Assembly: GCF_048593235.1 (NCBI RefSeq)
Contig: NC_133619.1
Coordinates: 63,502,454-63,566,453 of the forward strand
DNA length: 64,000 nucleotides
DNA from: Sminthopsis crassicaudata
Lineage: Eukaryota
Direction of reading: 5' to 3'
Shown here piece after piece: positions 51,652 to 64,000 of this stretch. The notes beneath the pieces were generated by a model that worked only from the letters and a program-made list of their open reading frames with translations, was not told where the DNA came from and made no database searches. Numbering within the stretch: position 1 is the stretch's first letter; every line of letters begins with the position of its first letter. The translations under genes and the position numbers were made by a program.

Positions 51652-54600
51652 ATGACTGACACTGTATTGGGCCCACAACAAGGGAACAGCAGTAAGGAAA
51701 TGGATGGGCTATGCCCTCAACTGTTGCTACTGCCCCTCCCTCTCCCTGACCGTGGTGTCCCAGGGTCAGTTCAGAGCCCTTCCTACTCTGAGACCCTCAC
51801 ACCTCTGCCTACCAACTCAAATTGCCTGCTTGTGGAAGCCACAGCGACAGAGGGCAGTGCAGGAAGCATGGACATCTTTGTGGAAGCTGTCACAGGAGAC
51901 TTGTCTCAGAGTGCCCCTGGAGAGACCCCAGGTATAAACAGACTGATAAACAATGTGATTTTATAACAATTGTTAGCTATTTTTATAAAGATGTTTCAAG
52001 AAACCGTCGTTTTGGGGAAGGGGAAGAAAATAGCTATTGGTCAGTAAGTGTTAATTGAGGAATGTCTTAGCCTTATAACTGGTTCTAAGCAGTTTTCTTC
52101 CGCTCCCATAAGGAGGAAATGATGAAACTATCACATTATCTTTTTTGTCCTAATAAGTTTATGTATTTGTAATACACATTACTTTATGGATCATGTTGGG
52201 AAAGAAAATCAGAGCAAAAGGGAAAAATCATGGAAGAGACCAAAAAAAAAAAAATTGAATATACACATATGTTGATTTACATCCAGTCTCCTTAGTTCTT
52301 TTTCTGGATGCAGATGCCATTTTCTCTCCAAAGTCTATTGGGATTGCCTTGGATCACTGAACCACTAAGAAGAACTAAGTCTTGTTAGTAATTGATCATT
52401 ACATTGTTTTTGTTTTTGTATACAATGTATTCCTGTTCTGCTCATGAAACTATTATCTAGGAAGGAATGGATGAGAGGGAAACTGTTCAGACATGGGCCT
52501 ATGCCTGCACTTGGGCTAGCTAAGGTTTCCTAGATAGGAAAGTATTCTACTTTAACTTTAATGTAAAAGTAAATTAGAAAGTAAAAGTAAAAATCTTCCA
52601 AAAGTAATCTAGTACCCCCACCCTCACTCCCTGACCCAAGTTCTTGGACAGGATTGCCCCTAACTCAACCTAGATAGATTATTGGAAGGTGAGAGTTGAA
52701 CATGTATTAGCGTTTCCCTCAGCTATTACTCATTTTTAGAAAGTTCTGGTGACTACAACAACTTTGTGTTAAAGCTTTCATTCCTTTTTCTTGGTTGTTT
52801 CTGCAGAGATGATTAATGTCCTCTGCTTAAGATGTTACCATGACTTTAAGCCCTATTATCCATCTCTTCTTCCTCTCAGCTTTTTCTGCTTTCATCTCTT
52901 TCCTTTTCTCTCATGGCATCATTGTTTTCCAGTTATTGTCATCTCTGTGCATTCTCCTTTTTCTCTCCATATTTCTTATGCCCTTCTTCAGTTGGGAAGC
53001 TCAGAATTGAACTTGGAATTCTGAGCTTCTGTGATCTGAGGCGAGTGGAAAAATGATTTTTTAGTTATCTACCCATGAAGCTGGGACTACATAGTCTATG
53101 TCTTCTGTATTCCTCCATAGTATGTAACATTACTTTGCACTTTCAACAAACTACTCAGTAAATATTTTGTCAAGTGAATGATTCTGTGTCCCAGAATCAG
53201 AAGCTATTTCTCATCCATCTTCCCTATGCTTAAGGCTTTGTGTCCTTACTTTCTGTCTTCCTGAATTTCTATCTCTGTGCCATCCTGTCTACAGGTGTTC
53301 TGATGAAAGTGGTGAAGCTGTACTTTTGTGAAGGCTGTGAGCAGAGCTTTCCTGAGCCCACCCTGCTGGCCCTGCACCATTGTCCCAAGACTTTCTTGCA
53401 GTCCAAGGGCAGCCTATCTAGCTCCCTGCAGTCTGCAGAACTGAACCCTGGGGTTTCTAGCCTCCCCAATCCCTTACAGGGGCACAATCCATTAGATGAA
53501 AATTCCCTGCCATGTCCAGTGTGTGGGCAAGAATTTGCCCAGCCACAGGCACTGAAAAGCCATTTCAAGAGCCATCAGGTTCCCCCTGAGGCCTTCTCCT
53601 GTTCTGAACCAGGATGCAAGTTCTTGACTAGAGAATGCAAGGAACTACAGAACCACCTACAGCAGGCCCATAGTTTGGTCCCAGTGCCCTGCTCCTTTCG
53701 TGCCTGCCCCTTACTCTTTGGGAGCCAACAGGGCATGGAACTTCACCGCCGCTCCCATTACCCCTTCCAATGCAGCCACTGCAACTACATGGGCTCGAAT
53801 GTCAAACTGTTCTGTCAGCACCAGCGGAGTCACCTGCCTGGGGCTCACAGAGAGCCAGCTCCTAGTCAGGGCCCCTCTTCTCAGACGATGCAGCCAGGTA
53901 TGGGCTAGAGGTCAGAGCTTCCCTCACTCTCATTTGAAGGAGATTAGCTTCGTGGGTTTTGGCTCTAATTTCCATGAGGAAAGATGGCTGCATTCCTTCT
54001 CCTTTTCAGTTAGAATAAGAGATCTTATGAGCAGGGTAAATAGGGGTGTAGTTTAGGATTGGGTAATTGAACAACACATCTGGGCAGGAGTAGCCAAGAT
54101 CTTCAGATAACAAACAAAAAAACATTAATTTCTTTTCAGAACTGTCAGAGGAAGAATGGATTTGAGAGGGTTGGGCGGGCAGCTGTGAAATTACTTGAGC
54201 GGGAAAGTAACAGGAGAAAAGGAACAGAATTCAAAATTGGATCTTTCCTCATCTCTCACTGGCCTTTATTTATTCTCATGGTTCTCATTGCATGGGCTGT
54301 AGGGGAAGCATGGATGACTTATTTTCATGGTCTCTGCTTCCTTACAACTGAAGCGTAATGAGGTAAGCAGGTTTAAAAGTGAAATCATGGTCTCAGGCCA
54401 ACATTGGATTAGGGTTTCCAGGTGAAAATACCTGAGGAAGAAAAATTACAGACCAATATTGTGATCTTAGCCATCTTGGGATCACTGGCCCAGGGAAGAA
54501 AGGGAAAGGTCTCTCTACCTTTAGACTTGTATCTGTAAAGAAGTTGAGGCACCCTTGTTTTATAGATGAGGAAAAGGAGCCATGGAAGAAAGAAGTGACT

Positions 54601-57600
54601 TTTCCCAGTGTCTCTCAGATATTAAGAAAAAGCTCTAGGATGAAAACCCATCTGCTCTTATTCCATGTCAGGTGTTTGTAGGAGGGGTGAGGGGAGAGAC
54701 ACTGCACCCTTAGTTTCTGGGTGACTTTACCAGGTTAAATTTGTTTGTAGCAACTGAGCGGTCCTCTGAAGAAGGGAGACCTCCTAAAGGAACGGGTAGC
54801 TCCCTACCCAGCAGCAAACCAGGGGAAGAGGAGGAGAAGAAAGAAGATCATGGAATGGACCTTCTCTCTCCTGAGGGAAAGGAAGAAGAGAAGAAACAAG
54901 GAAAAGCTGAGAGTGAAGATGAGGGCGGGAGCAGCAAGAAAGTCCAAAAGACCCGCAAAGGGGCTCGGCAATTCAAAGGTAACTGCGTCAGACCTGGTAC
55001 TCTTTTGTGAGTAATACCCTGTCAAGTGGATGTTACTCATCTCAGATTTTACAGATGCGGAAACTGAGACTGAGAAAAGCTACTCAGTAGTACCTTAAGT
55101 CTTCTTGATTCCAAGTCCCCTCCATTGGGCCCCCCAAGCTGCTCCAGGGTGAAATCAGGATCCCCAAACTTCATTTGAATGAGTTTAATAGTGAGGGGCT
55201 TTGTGGCATCTGAGTTGGGTGCTATTTCAGGCAGGAGCAGGGCCAAAAGTGTAGCCATCAGGGTGTTGTTCTACTCCAGCTGGCCTTGTCTTCTCCAGAA
55301 GGGCACATGGTAACTATGGAAATGGGATTCAATGAGATCATTTATCTTGGGCTGGTTTCCTGCAGACACCAAGGCTGCCACCTAACTGGAAAAGACAGTT
55401 GTGTTAAAACAGTTGTAAAGAGCTCTGATCAAACTTGTGTATTGTTTGGATGACTATTTTCTTCTGGTCTTAGCTCCATTTTTCCTCTTTTCCAATGTAT
55501 AGCTGTCTTTCACAGAGCCTGTCCTAGATGATGGGTGAATAACAGAAGTACTCATTTTGCTTATAATCTACTCTCCATTTTATAGAATAAATTGATCCCA
55601 TGTCTGAATGGTTTTTGCTTCTGGCTTCTTGCTTTAGACTTATTATCCTTTTCACCAGTATCACTTCCTTCCTTGTCTTTATTGGGGCAGGTACAGGAAA
55701 AATAATTAAAACTGTGCTGTTTAATGTGAGGAAGCTGTGGCTCAGGGGATAGCAGTTAGGAAGACCTGGGTTTAAATGGTTTAAATCCAAACTTAAACTT
55801 CTTAGCAGGTCACTTAACCTCTGACCCCCAAATGGATTAACTGAATCTTAATGGAAAGGAAATGGCCACCACTCTAGTGTCTTTACCAGCAAAACTCCAA
55901 GAGGGGCCACAGAGTCTCAGGCACTTCTGAAATGACCAAATAACAACAGTGGCCCACATAAAAGGCATAGATGCTCAGAGGCATTTCTAACATACTATAG
56001 AATCAGTTTTCAAAAGACCCTAACAGGTTTGAATGCTGGGCCAAATCTAATAAGATAAAATCTAGTTTGTATTTCCCCTAAGAAATCCACTCCCACATAG
56101 GTTAGATAGCGGTGCAGCTGGATAACAGTTGATCTGATGAAGATCTGAGGATTTTAGTGGACTGCAAGCCAAGGAGGGATCCATAGTATGATATGATGAT
56201 CAAGAAAGCTCATCTCTTAGCGATGATGCACTAGGAGAGGCATCATGCTTTAGGAATAAGATGTTGGTGCAGTGGATAGAGCACCAGCCTTGAATTCAGG
56301 AGGACCTGAGTTCAAATCTGGTCTCAGACACTTAACACTTCCTAGCTGTGTGACCCTGGGCAAGTCACTTACCCCCAGCCTTGGGAGGGGGGGCGGGGGG
56401 GGGAAGGAATAAGGAGATGTGATAGTTTTCCTGTCCACTCTCCTGGTTGGACCACTCCTAGAGTATTGTATCCAGTTTTGGACAATTTTGGACATATTTC
56501 AATGAGCTGAAAAGATGCTCTAGAGCAAGGCCATCTGGAGAGTGAAGAGCTTTATTTATATGCCATGGGAAGACTGTGAACTAGAGATGTTTAATGTAGA
56601 GAAGAAGAGCTTTGGCTTGGGCAAGGGAGAGACATAGTTTTAAAATATTTAAGGGGGTACCATGTGGAAAAAAGAAAAGGATTATTTTGCTTACTCCCAA
56701 AGGCAGAATTGGGAGCAATGGTTGACAGTTGCAAAGATGCAAATTTAGACTTCATGTGAAGAAAAACCACCCCAATAATTAGAGCTACCTGCAAGTAGAA
56801 TGAGCTTTGGTGAAGGTTATGAGTTCTTATTCCCTGAATGAAGAACCATTTGTCAGGCAGATTGTGGAGAAGAGGGGATTCTTTTTCAAGTTTGGTATCC
56901 AAGGCCCATTTTATGTCTGAAATTCTGTTCCTTTTGAGTGGTGCTTAAAGCAATGGAATAGACAAGAATGAAGTTTGGTTTTTTTTTAATTTGTGATAAG
57001 TTTATTTTTAATACACATTGTTTTATGAATCATGGGAGAGAAAAATTGAAGCAAATAAAAAAAACCATGAGAGATTAAAAACATAGAAAAAAGTGAATAT
57101 AGCATATGTTGATTTATATTCAGTCTCCTTAGTTCTTTTTCTGGATGCAGATGGCAATTTCTGTCCAAAGTCTGTTGGAATTACTTTGGATCATTGCATA
57201 TTCTTATTGTATAATGTATTCCTGCCTCTGCTTGTTTCACTCAGCATCAGTTCACATAAATCTTTCTAGATCTTTCTATAATGAGCTTGTTCATTATTTT
57301 TTTAAAGAACAGTAACATTTTATTGCTTTTATGTACCATGACTTGTTTAGCCATTCTCCAATTGATGGGCATCCATTCTTTTCCAATTCTTTGACACCAT
57401 AAAAAGAACTGCTACAAACATTTTTGCACATGTGGGTCTGTTTCCCTTCTTTTTGATTTCCTTGGGATATTGACCCAGTGATGTTGCACTGCTGGGTCAA
57501 AGGATACCCACAGTTTGATTGCCCTTTGGACATAGTTCCACATTGCTCTCCAAAACAGCTGGATCATTCCACAACTTCACCAACAAGGCATTAGTGTACC

Positions 57601-60600
57601 AGTTTTCCCATATCCCCTTCAACATTTATCATTATCTTTTCTTGTCATCTTAGCCAATCTGAGAGGTGTGAGGTGGTACCTCAGAGTTGTTTTAATTTGC
57701 CTTTCTGTAATCAATAGTGATTTAAAGTATTTTTTCATGTAAATGGCTTTAATTTCATCATCTGAGAATTGTCTATTCATATCCTTTAATCATTTATCAA
57801 TTGGAATGACTTGTAGTCTTATAAATTTGACACAGTTCTTTATAGATTTTAGAAATGAGACCTTTATCAGAAATATATAAAGATTTTATCCCAGCTTTGT
57901 ACTTCCCTTTTACTCTTATTTTTGTTGGTTTTGTTTGTGCAAAACCCTTTTAATTTAATGTAATCAAAGTTGTCCATTTTGCCTTTCATAATATTCTGTA
58001 GTTCTTCTTTGTCATGGATTCCTCTCTTCTCCAAAGATCCGATAGGTAAATTTTCCCTTGTTCTCCTAATTTGTTTATGACATCCTCCTTTATGCCCAAA
58101 TCATGTATCCATTTTGACCTTTTTTTGGTATGGGGTGTGAGATATAGGTCTAATCTGAGTTTCTGATATATATTTTTTTTCCAATTTTCCCAGAAACTTT
58201 TATCAAATAGTAAGTTCTTATTCCAGAAGCTGGAGTTTGGGGTTTTATCAAATGCTAGATTGCTGTAGGCCTTGATTATTGTGTCATGTGTATCTAGTCT
58301 ATTTCACTGATCCACCACTCTCTATTTAGCCAGTACCAAATGCTTTTGATAATTGCTGCTTTATAATATAGTTTTAGGTTTGGTACTGCTAAGCCACCAG
58401 CCAAGGATGAAACTGTTACTTGTTTATTATTTGACTGATTTAAAGGAAATACAAATCTTAGTAATTTTCTGTGGCTTGTGTTCCTTAACATTATCAAGAG
58501 TTAATTGTGTTCGTTTCTTGAAGAGAAGAGAGATGACAGAATGATTTATGTGTGCTGGCAGCTTAGCTGCCCATTTTCCTCTGACTCTCAGTGCTGTCCC
58601 CTGTCCCCACCTCCTTCTGAGCTGCTCCTGACGCTCTCTGTTTCTCTTCCCCTCACAGGGGATGTGGCTGCTGGCTCTGAATCTTTGTTCAAGACTCACA
58701 TGTGCCCAGAATGCAAGCGTTGCTTCAAGAAGCGGACCCACCTGGTGGAGCATCTCCACCTGCACTTCCCAGATCCTAGCCTCCAGTGTCCCAACTGCCA
58801 GAAGTTCTTCACTAGTAAGAGCAAGCTTAAAATTCACTTGCTTCGAGAGCTAGGTGAGAAGGCTCACCACTGTCCCCTGTGCCACTACCGGGCCGTGGAA
58901 AAGAATGCATTGAACCGGCACATGGCGAGCATGCATGAGGACATCTCCAACTTCTACTCGGATGTGTACGCGTGCCCGGTGTGCCGTGAGGAGTTCCGCC
59001 TCAGCCAGGCTCTCAAGGAGCACCTGAAGAGCCATGCTGCCGAGCCCACCCGCCTCCACTGCTTCCAGGAAGGCTGCAGCCATGCTGCCCCCGACCGCAA
59101 GGCCTTCATCCGGCACCTCAAAGAGGCCCATGGGGTACGGGCTGTGGAGTGCCGCCACCACGCCTGTCCCATGCTCTTTGCCACGGCTGAAGCCATGGAG
59201 GCTCACCGAAAAAGCCACTACGCATTTCATTGCCCACACTGTGACTTTGCCTGCTCCAATAAGCACTTGTTTCGCAAGCATAAGAAACAGGGACACCCTG
59301 GCAGTGAGGAACTGCGCTGTGCATTCTGCCCCTTTGCTACCTTCAACCCTGTGGCCTACCAGGACCATGTGGGCAAGATGCATGCCCATGAGAAGATCCA
59401 CCAGTGTCCTGAGTGCAGTTTTGCTACTGCTCACAAGAGAGTGCTCATCCGTCACACGCTGCTGCATACTGGTGAGACCCCTCCTCCTCCCTGATCTCCC
59501 CACCCGATTTTAGGGTGCTTTTCTCCTAAGTACTTGGAGAAGGGAGTGGTAGAGAAGATCCTATTCATTCAGGTCATCAAAAGTTGCTGAAAGAGGATGC
59601 AAATAAGTGCATCTGGGAGTGTGATCTGTCAGACTTCTCACTGTCAGACTCTGTTCTGTGCATGGCAGCTCCCAGGAATGCCCAGTCTCTTAGCCAGCCC
59701 TGGGGAAAACACAAATCCCCATTTGAGCTTTGTTTGCAAAAAGTGCCAAACATAGTTTAAGAATAGTTTTGGGGGGCAGCTAGGTGGTGCACTGGGATGA
59801 AGCACCAGCCTTGAAGTCAAGAGGACCTGAGTTCAAATTTGACCTCAAAGACTTAACACTTTCTAGCTGGGTAACCCAACTGCCTCAGCAAAAAAAAAAA
59901 ATAAAAAAAAAAATTACACTATTTGACTAGGGGTGGGGGTGCAAGGAAGGGAGGGAGAAAAACTTGGAACATAAGGTTTTGTAAGGGTGATGTTGAAAAC
60001 TACCTTTGCATGTATTTTGAAAATAAAAAGCTATTATTAAAAAAGAAAGAAAGAAAAGACTGGAGGGAGAAAGTTATTGCTGATGGGGGCATCCAGGAAA
60101 GCTTCCTAGAAGAGGTGAACCTTAAGTTTGTCATTAAAGTATAGTCAAGGAATTTATCAAGTGAAAAAAGAAAGGAAGCACAGGAAATTTTATGCATAAG
60201 AGCAATACAGGCAAGTAAAATTCAAATGACTGTGTTGCAAACTTGACAATGCTTTGCAAACATCAGTAATCATCATTCCATGTTAGCCAAAGTGTAGATA
60301 TCATCAGGGTGAATAATATTAAGTCATTTTTCTTTTTTTTTTTCCTGAGGCTGGGGTTAAGTGACTTGCCCAGGGTCACACAGCTAGGAAGTGTTAAGTG
60401 TAAGACCAGATTTGAACTCGGGTCCTCCTGAATTCAGGGCTGGTGCTCTATCCACTGCGCCACCTCGCTGCCCCCTATTAAGTCATTTTTCAAAGGCAGG
60501 GAGGCTTTAGAGCATAAAGGACCTTTGAATATTTCTCATGTAGTTAGGAGCTACAAAAAATTGAATAAAAGAATGATGTGATCATATATGTGCACAAAGA

Positions 60601-63600
60601 GTATAATTCCAATGATGGTGGGATTGAAGAACGGGAGAGAGAAGTGAGAACAGTCACAAAGCACAATAAATTGTACTGTGAAAAATCACAAGTAATAGAG
60701 ACAAACAAAAAAATCTCCTTATCGTTAGTCTTAGTTTTCTTTATAATTCATATATTACAACTTATAGTAGGAAAGTTTAATTTGAAAGAGGTCTGTTTTT
60801 GCACAGTATTCCATTGAGAATTATTTTTAAAATTAGCTACTTTGGTTAATGAGGAAGATCATTTCTATTCTTTTTTTTTCCTTTGCTGAGGTAGTTGGAG
60901 TTAAGTGACTTTCCCAGGGTCACACAGCTAGAAAGTGTTAAATGTCTGAGACCAGACTTGAACTCAGGTTCTCCTGACTTCAGGGCTGGTGCTCTATCCA
61001 CTGCACCACCTAGCTGCCCCTATTTCTATTCTTTAGAAACTTTTAAATCAAATATGGGAAAGTTTGTGGCCCATTACATTAGGCCATTGAAATCTATTTA
61101 TGATTATCCAGAGGACTATACAAAACAAATAACAATAGATTTACATTTGTTACTAATGAACCATCGTTTAAGAGAGACAAGCTATCATTTACATTTTCTG
61201 TAATGCTTCTTTTTTTATAACAAACTTGACAATTATAAGAAAATGAACATTTCCTTATACAAAAAAAGAATATATATGAAACCATGATTCTCTATTATAT
61301 ATACCTTGTCTTTTCAAAATTATATATTAAGTGAAATACAATTTGGTACCAAAAAGCACAGTGTTTGAGAGGACAGTTTGATGGTATTCAGTGCACTGGT
61401 CCTGAAGTCAGGAGGACCTGAGTTCAAATCCAGCCTTACACACTTAACACTTCCTAATTGCGTTAGCTAGCTCAAACAGGGATTTGTGTTTTTCCCTGAG
61501 GTGAGTATTTCTGGGAGCTGCCACCTGTAGAACCCTGGGAAAGTCACTTAAGCACAATTGTCTCTCAAAAAGAAAAAGAGAGAGAGAAAAATACAGTATT
61601 TGGGCAACTTGAGCTTATTAGCTATCTATCTCCCCAAAACTTTCACTTGTAAAAATCTCTTATTTTCAAGACTTACTAATAGGCCCTGGGATCCTGGAAG
61701 TGGTGTTGATTTATCTCCTCTGTTCCTGCATTCAGATCTCCCTCCTGAAGAGTCAATGAGTTTGAGATTCTGACCTGTTCCAGAAGTTGGCAGAGTGCTT
61801 GCTAGCTAAGTGTAAAAGACATTGAACAGAAGGCCCTCAGCCAATTCAGATGATCTCACTTGTACTTTCTTCCCTTTTCTTTTGGGCTCCTTTGCTTGAT
61901 CATGCTTCTCTGTTAGATTGTGGGGTTCTGTGGGTCTCTGAAAATAGCCCATAGGAGTTGGAAAAGAGGGTGGCTACAATCCCAATGCTGGGAAATGTGA
62001 CTATTGGAGGCCTCCAGTTCTTTCTGGGACACCTTGAGGCCCCAGGACTCCTGCCCAGTGTGGCAGTGGGGGTGGGGGAAGCTGCACTGAGCAGGGAGGG
62101 ACAGGCAGAGGACAACCTGCTATCCTTTCTCACCCTTGTTTTCTTCCCCTTTTTCCTTTTTTCCCAAGGAGAGAAACCTCACAAGTGTGAGCTGTGTGAC
62201 TTCACCTGCCGAGATGTGAGCTACCTGTCCAAACACATGCTGACCCACTCAAATACCAAGGACTACATGTGCACCGAGTGTGGCTATGTCACCAAGTGGA
62301 AACACTACCTCAGTGTGCACATGCGCAAGCACGCAGGTGACCTCAGGTACACCCCCCGCTTTCCCCTCTGCGGTTTCAGCCCTAGGTCACACTCTGGCCC
62401 AGACAGACACTGTCCCGCTCTTCTCTGGCCTTCTCCAGCTGCTCCGTGCATGAGAGATAAGTTACATAAAGGGATCCTCTCATCCTTCCTGGGCCTTGGT
62501 CAGGAGATGCTGCACCAAGCTCAGCACCTGGGCCCTCCTGGGCACCGGCACACATGCACGCGCGCGCACACACACACACACTCCAGAGCCCATCCTTATT
62601 TCCCTCAGACTCAGCAGAGATACCATACTGACCTTGGCCCTTTGCATAATGGGGTCTGGACCATGAAAGGGTCAGTGAGCTGTTCTTCCATTCTCTCTTC
62701 TTCCTCCCCAGGTACCAGTGCAATCAGTGTTCCTACCGCTGCCACCGGGCTGATCAGCTGAGCAGTCACAAGTTGCGCCACCAGGGCAAGTCCCTCATGT
62801 GTGAAGTGTGTGCATTTGCCTGCAAACGCAAGTATGAGCTGCAGAAGCACATGGCCTCCCAGCACCGCCCGGGAGTGCCAGCCCCCCTGTACCCCTGCCG
62901 CTACTGCAGCTACCAGAGCCGCCACAAACAGGCCCTGCTGAGCCACGAGAACTGTAAGCACACCCGCTTACGAGAGTTCCGCTGTGCCCTCTGTGACTAC
63001 CGCACTTTCAGTAACACCACGCTTTTCTTCCATAAACGTAAGGCCCATGGCTATGTGCCAGGGGACCAGGCTTGGCCACACCAGCACGCTGGCCAAGAGC
63101 AGGAGGGTGCTGAACAAGGCCCAGCTGCCCTGCCTGCCCCAGAGGTCCCAAGCCAGTCTTTCCCCCAGGAGGAGGGGCAGTGCCCACAGCCTGCAAAGTC
63201 TGTCAAGCCCGGCTTGAGCCAGGCATTGTCACCAATTTGCATGGAGAAGGGAGAAGGAAAAGAAGGTGAGACCAGCACCCTCCATGGGGGTAACTTTGTG
63301 GGGCAGTCTCCCAGCCCTGCAGAAGTGGACGAGGAGGGCTGTACCCTGCACCTGGAGGCACTAAGCGTTGAGTTGGAGCCCACTGCTGCGCCTCCCCCCA
63401 GTGAAATTACAGAGCCTCCCCATATGGAATATGGGGATCTGAGTACCTCCGAAGCTTTGGGCTCAGAGGAGCCAGATGGCCCATTGGAGGGTTTGCCTGA
63501 CTTTGAAGAAGAGCCTGATCTCCAGAATGGTGGTCAGTCTGGTCTGGGGCCTGGAAGGGCACCTCTGCTAGAGGTGCCAGCCCCTGATTCTCTTAGAAAT

Positions 63601-64000
63601 CCCTCATCCTCAGACGACCCCCCTGAGAACTTCAAGGGACCCTTTGAGCCACCCGCATCCCCTGGAGTGCCAGCCCCATCCCAGATCCCACAGTCAGAAT
63701 CAGTGCTTAAAGCGCTAAGAAAACAGGACAAAGAACAGGCTGAGACTCTGGTGCTGGAGGGGCGGGTGCAGATGCTGGTGGTCCAGGGAGAGGGACAGGC
63801 CTTCCGCTGTCCACACTGCCCTTTTGTCACCCGCCGGGAGAAGGCTCTGGGACTCCACGCCAAGATGGGGTGTCAGGGCCGCCGGGAACCACTCCTTTGT
63901 TCGGAATGTGGGGCCAGCTTCAAGCAGCAGCGTGGGCTCAACACCCACCTCCTCAAGAAGTGCCCTGTCCTGCTCAAAAAGAAGAAGCCTGTGCTCCAAC
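51652..64000 (+). CDS. ZNF142: C2H2 zinc finger protein 142, 5' partial (CDS continues past the window end)
   Basis: MTDTVLGPQQGNSSKEMDGLCPQLLL start; ESLFKTHMCPECKRCFKKRTHLVEHLHLHFPDPSLQC; HTG|EKPHKCELCDF; ESVLKALRKQDKEQAETLVLEGRVQM. Exons: 51652-51931, 53295-53897, 54751-54978, 58659-59471, 62169-62346, 62712->64000 (last exon open to the window end). Confidence 0.96.
52140..52440 (-). mobile_element. L1 3'UTR fragment
   Basis: Near-identical to 56990-57230 (cagtctccttagttctttttctggatgcagatg). Confidence 0.75.
55720..55950 (+). mobile_element. MIR/Mar1-type SINE
   Basis: ggaagacctgggtttaaat...ggtcacttaacctctg...ggaaatggccaccactctagtgtctttacc. Confidence 0.6.
55960..56930 (+). mobile_element. 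L3/CR1 remnant split by a SINE
   Basis: gagtattgtatccagttttgg, ctagagatgtttaatgtagagaagaagag, aaatttagacttcatgtgaagaaaaacc. Confidence 0.65.
56261..56404 (+). mobile_element. WSINE1-like SINE with G-rich tail, inside an L3/CR1 remnant
   Basis: Near-consensus body; possible 9-bp TSD AGGAATAAG (56252-56260, 56405-56413). Confidence 0.88.
56975..58440 (-). mobile_element. L1 3' portion in a ZNF142 intron
   Basis: Reverse-complement ORF2 C-terminus (ORF 58294-58497 contains LAVPNLKLYYKAAIIKSIWYW) and 3'UTR. Confidence 0.88.
59771..59912 (+). mobile_element. WSINE1-like SINE
   Basis: GGGGGGCAGCTAGGTGGTGCACTGG...GAGTTCAAATTT...A-tail. Confidence 0.85.
59915..60050 (+). mobile_element. L1 extreme 3' tail
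   Basis: ttggaacataaggttttgtaagggtgatgttgaaaactacctttgcatgtattttgaaaataaaaagct. Confidence 0.8.
60333..60475 (-). mobile_element. WSINE1-like SINE, very young
   Basis: Perfect 16-bp TSD TATTAAGTCATTTTTC (60317-60332, 60476-60491); CpGs retained. Confidence 0.93.
60874..61021 (-). mobile_element. WSINE1-like SINE
   Basis: 13-bp TSD ATTTCTATTCTTT (60861-60873, 61022-61034). Confidence 0.9.
61378..61460 (+). mobile_element. Partial WSINE1-like SINE
   Basis: ctgaagtcaggaggacctgagttcaaatccagcc...ttaacacttcct. Confidence 0.75.
62548..62581. repeat. Alternating purine-pyrimidine (CA)n/(CG)n tract
   Basis: gcacacatgcacgcgcgcgcacacacacacacac. Confidence 0.9.

Noticed and set aside
58850-59503. 217-aa antisense ORF and other antisense ORFs over ZNF142, BCS1L and RNF25 exons
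   Set aside because: Shadow ORFs expected opposite GC-rich coding exons.
61958-62761. 267-aa ORF spanning intron-exon-intron of ZNF142
   Set aside because: Only 62169-62346 is homologous coding sequence; the flanks are intronic and include the CA/CG tract.

Overview
Vertebrate genomic DNA. The abundant WSINE1-like SINEs, Mar/MIR elements and marsupial-type L1 tails point to a marsupial, probably a dasyurid (inference). The window holds the gene cluster syntenic with human 2q35. In order: the 5' non-coding end of a minus-strand gene (TTLL4 by synteny; its CDS lies left of position 1), STK36 (minus, 26 coding exons, 1310 aa, complete), RNF25 (plus, 10 exons, 448 aa, complete), BCS1L (minus, 7 coding exons, 428 aa, complete) and ZNF142 (plus, 5' partial CDS running off the right edge). 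I assembled the exon chains by hand, and every junction is GT-AG and phase-consistent. STK36/RNF25 and BCS1L/ZNF142 are head-to-head CpG-island pairs; RNF25/BCS1L are tail-to-tail. The structures not explained by the genes are: a ~2.1 kb 34-bp G/C-skewed minisatellite with higher-order structure in the STK36 5' region, a 45-bp repeat array of 5' splice-site-like motifs beside an STK36 donor, a solo ERV1-type LTR next to the STK36 polyA signal, a BCS1L stop codon embedded in AATAAA, and SINE copies with G-rich tails. I found no convincing new protein-coding system; the long unannotated ORFs are by-products of repeats or high GC.
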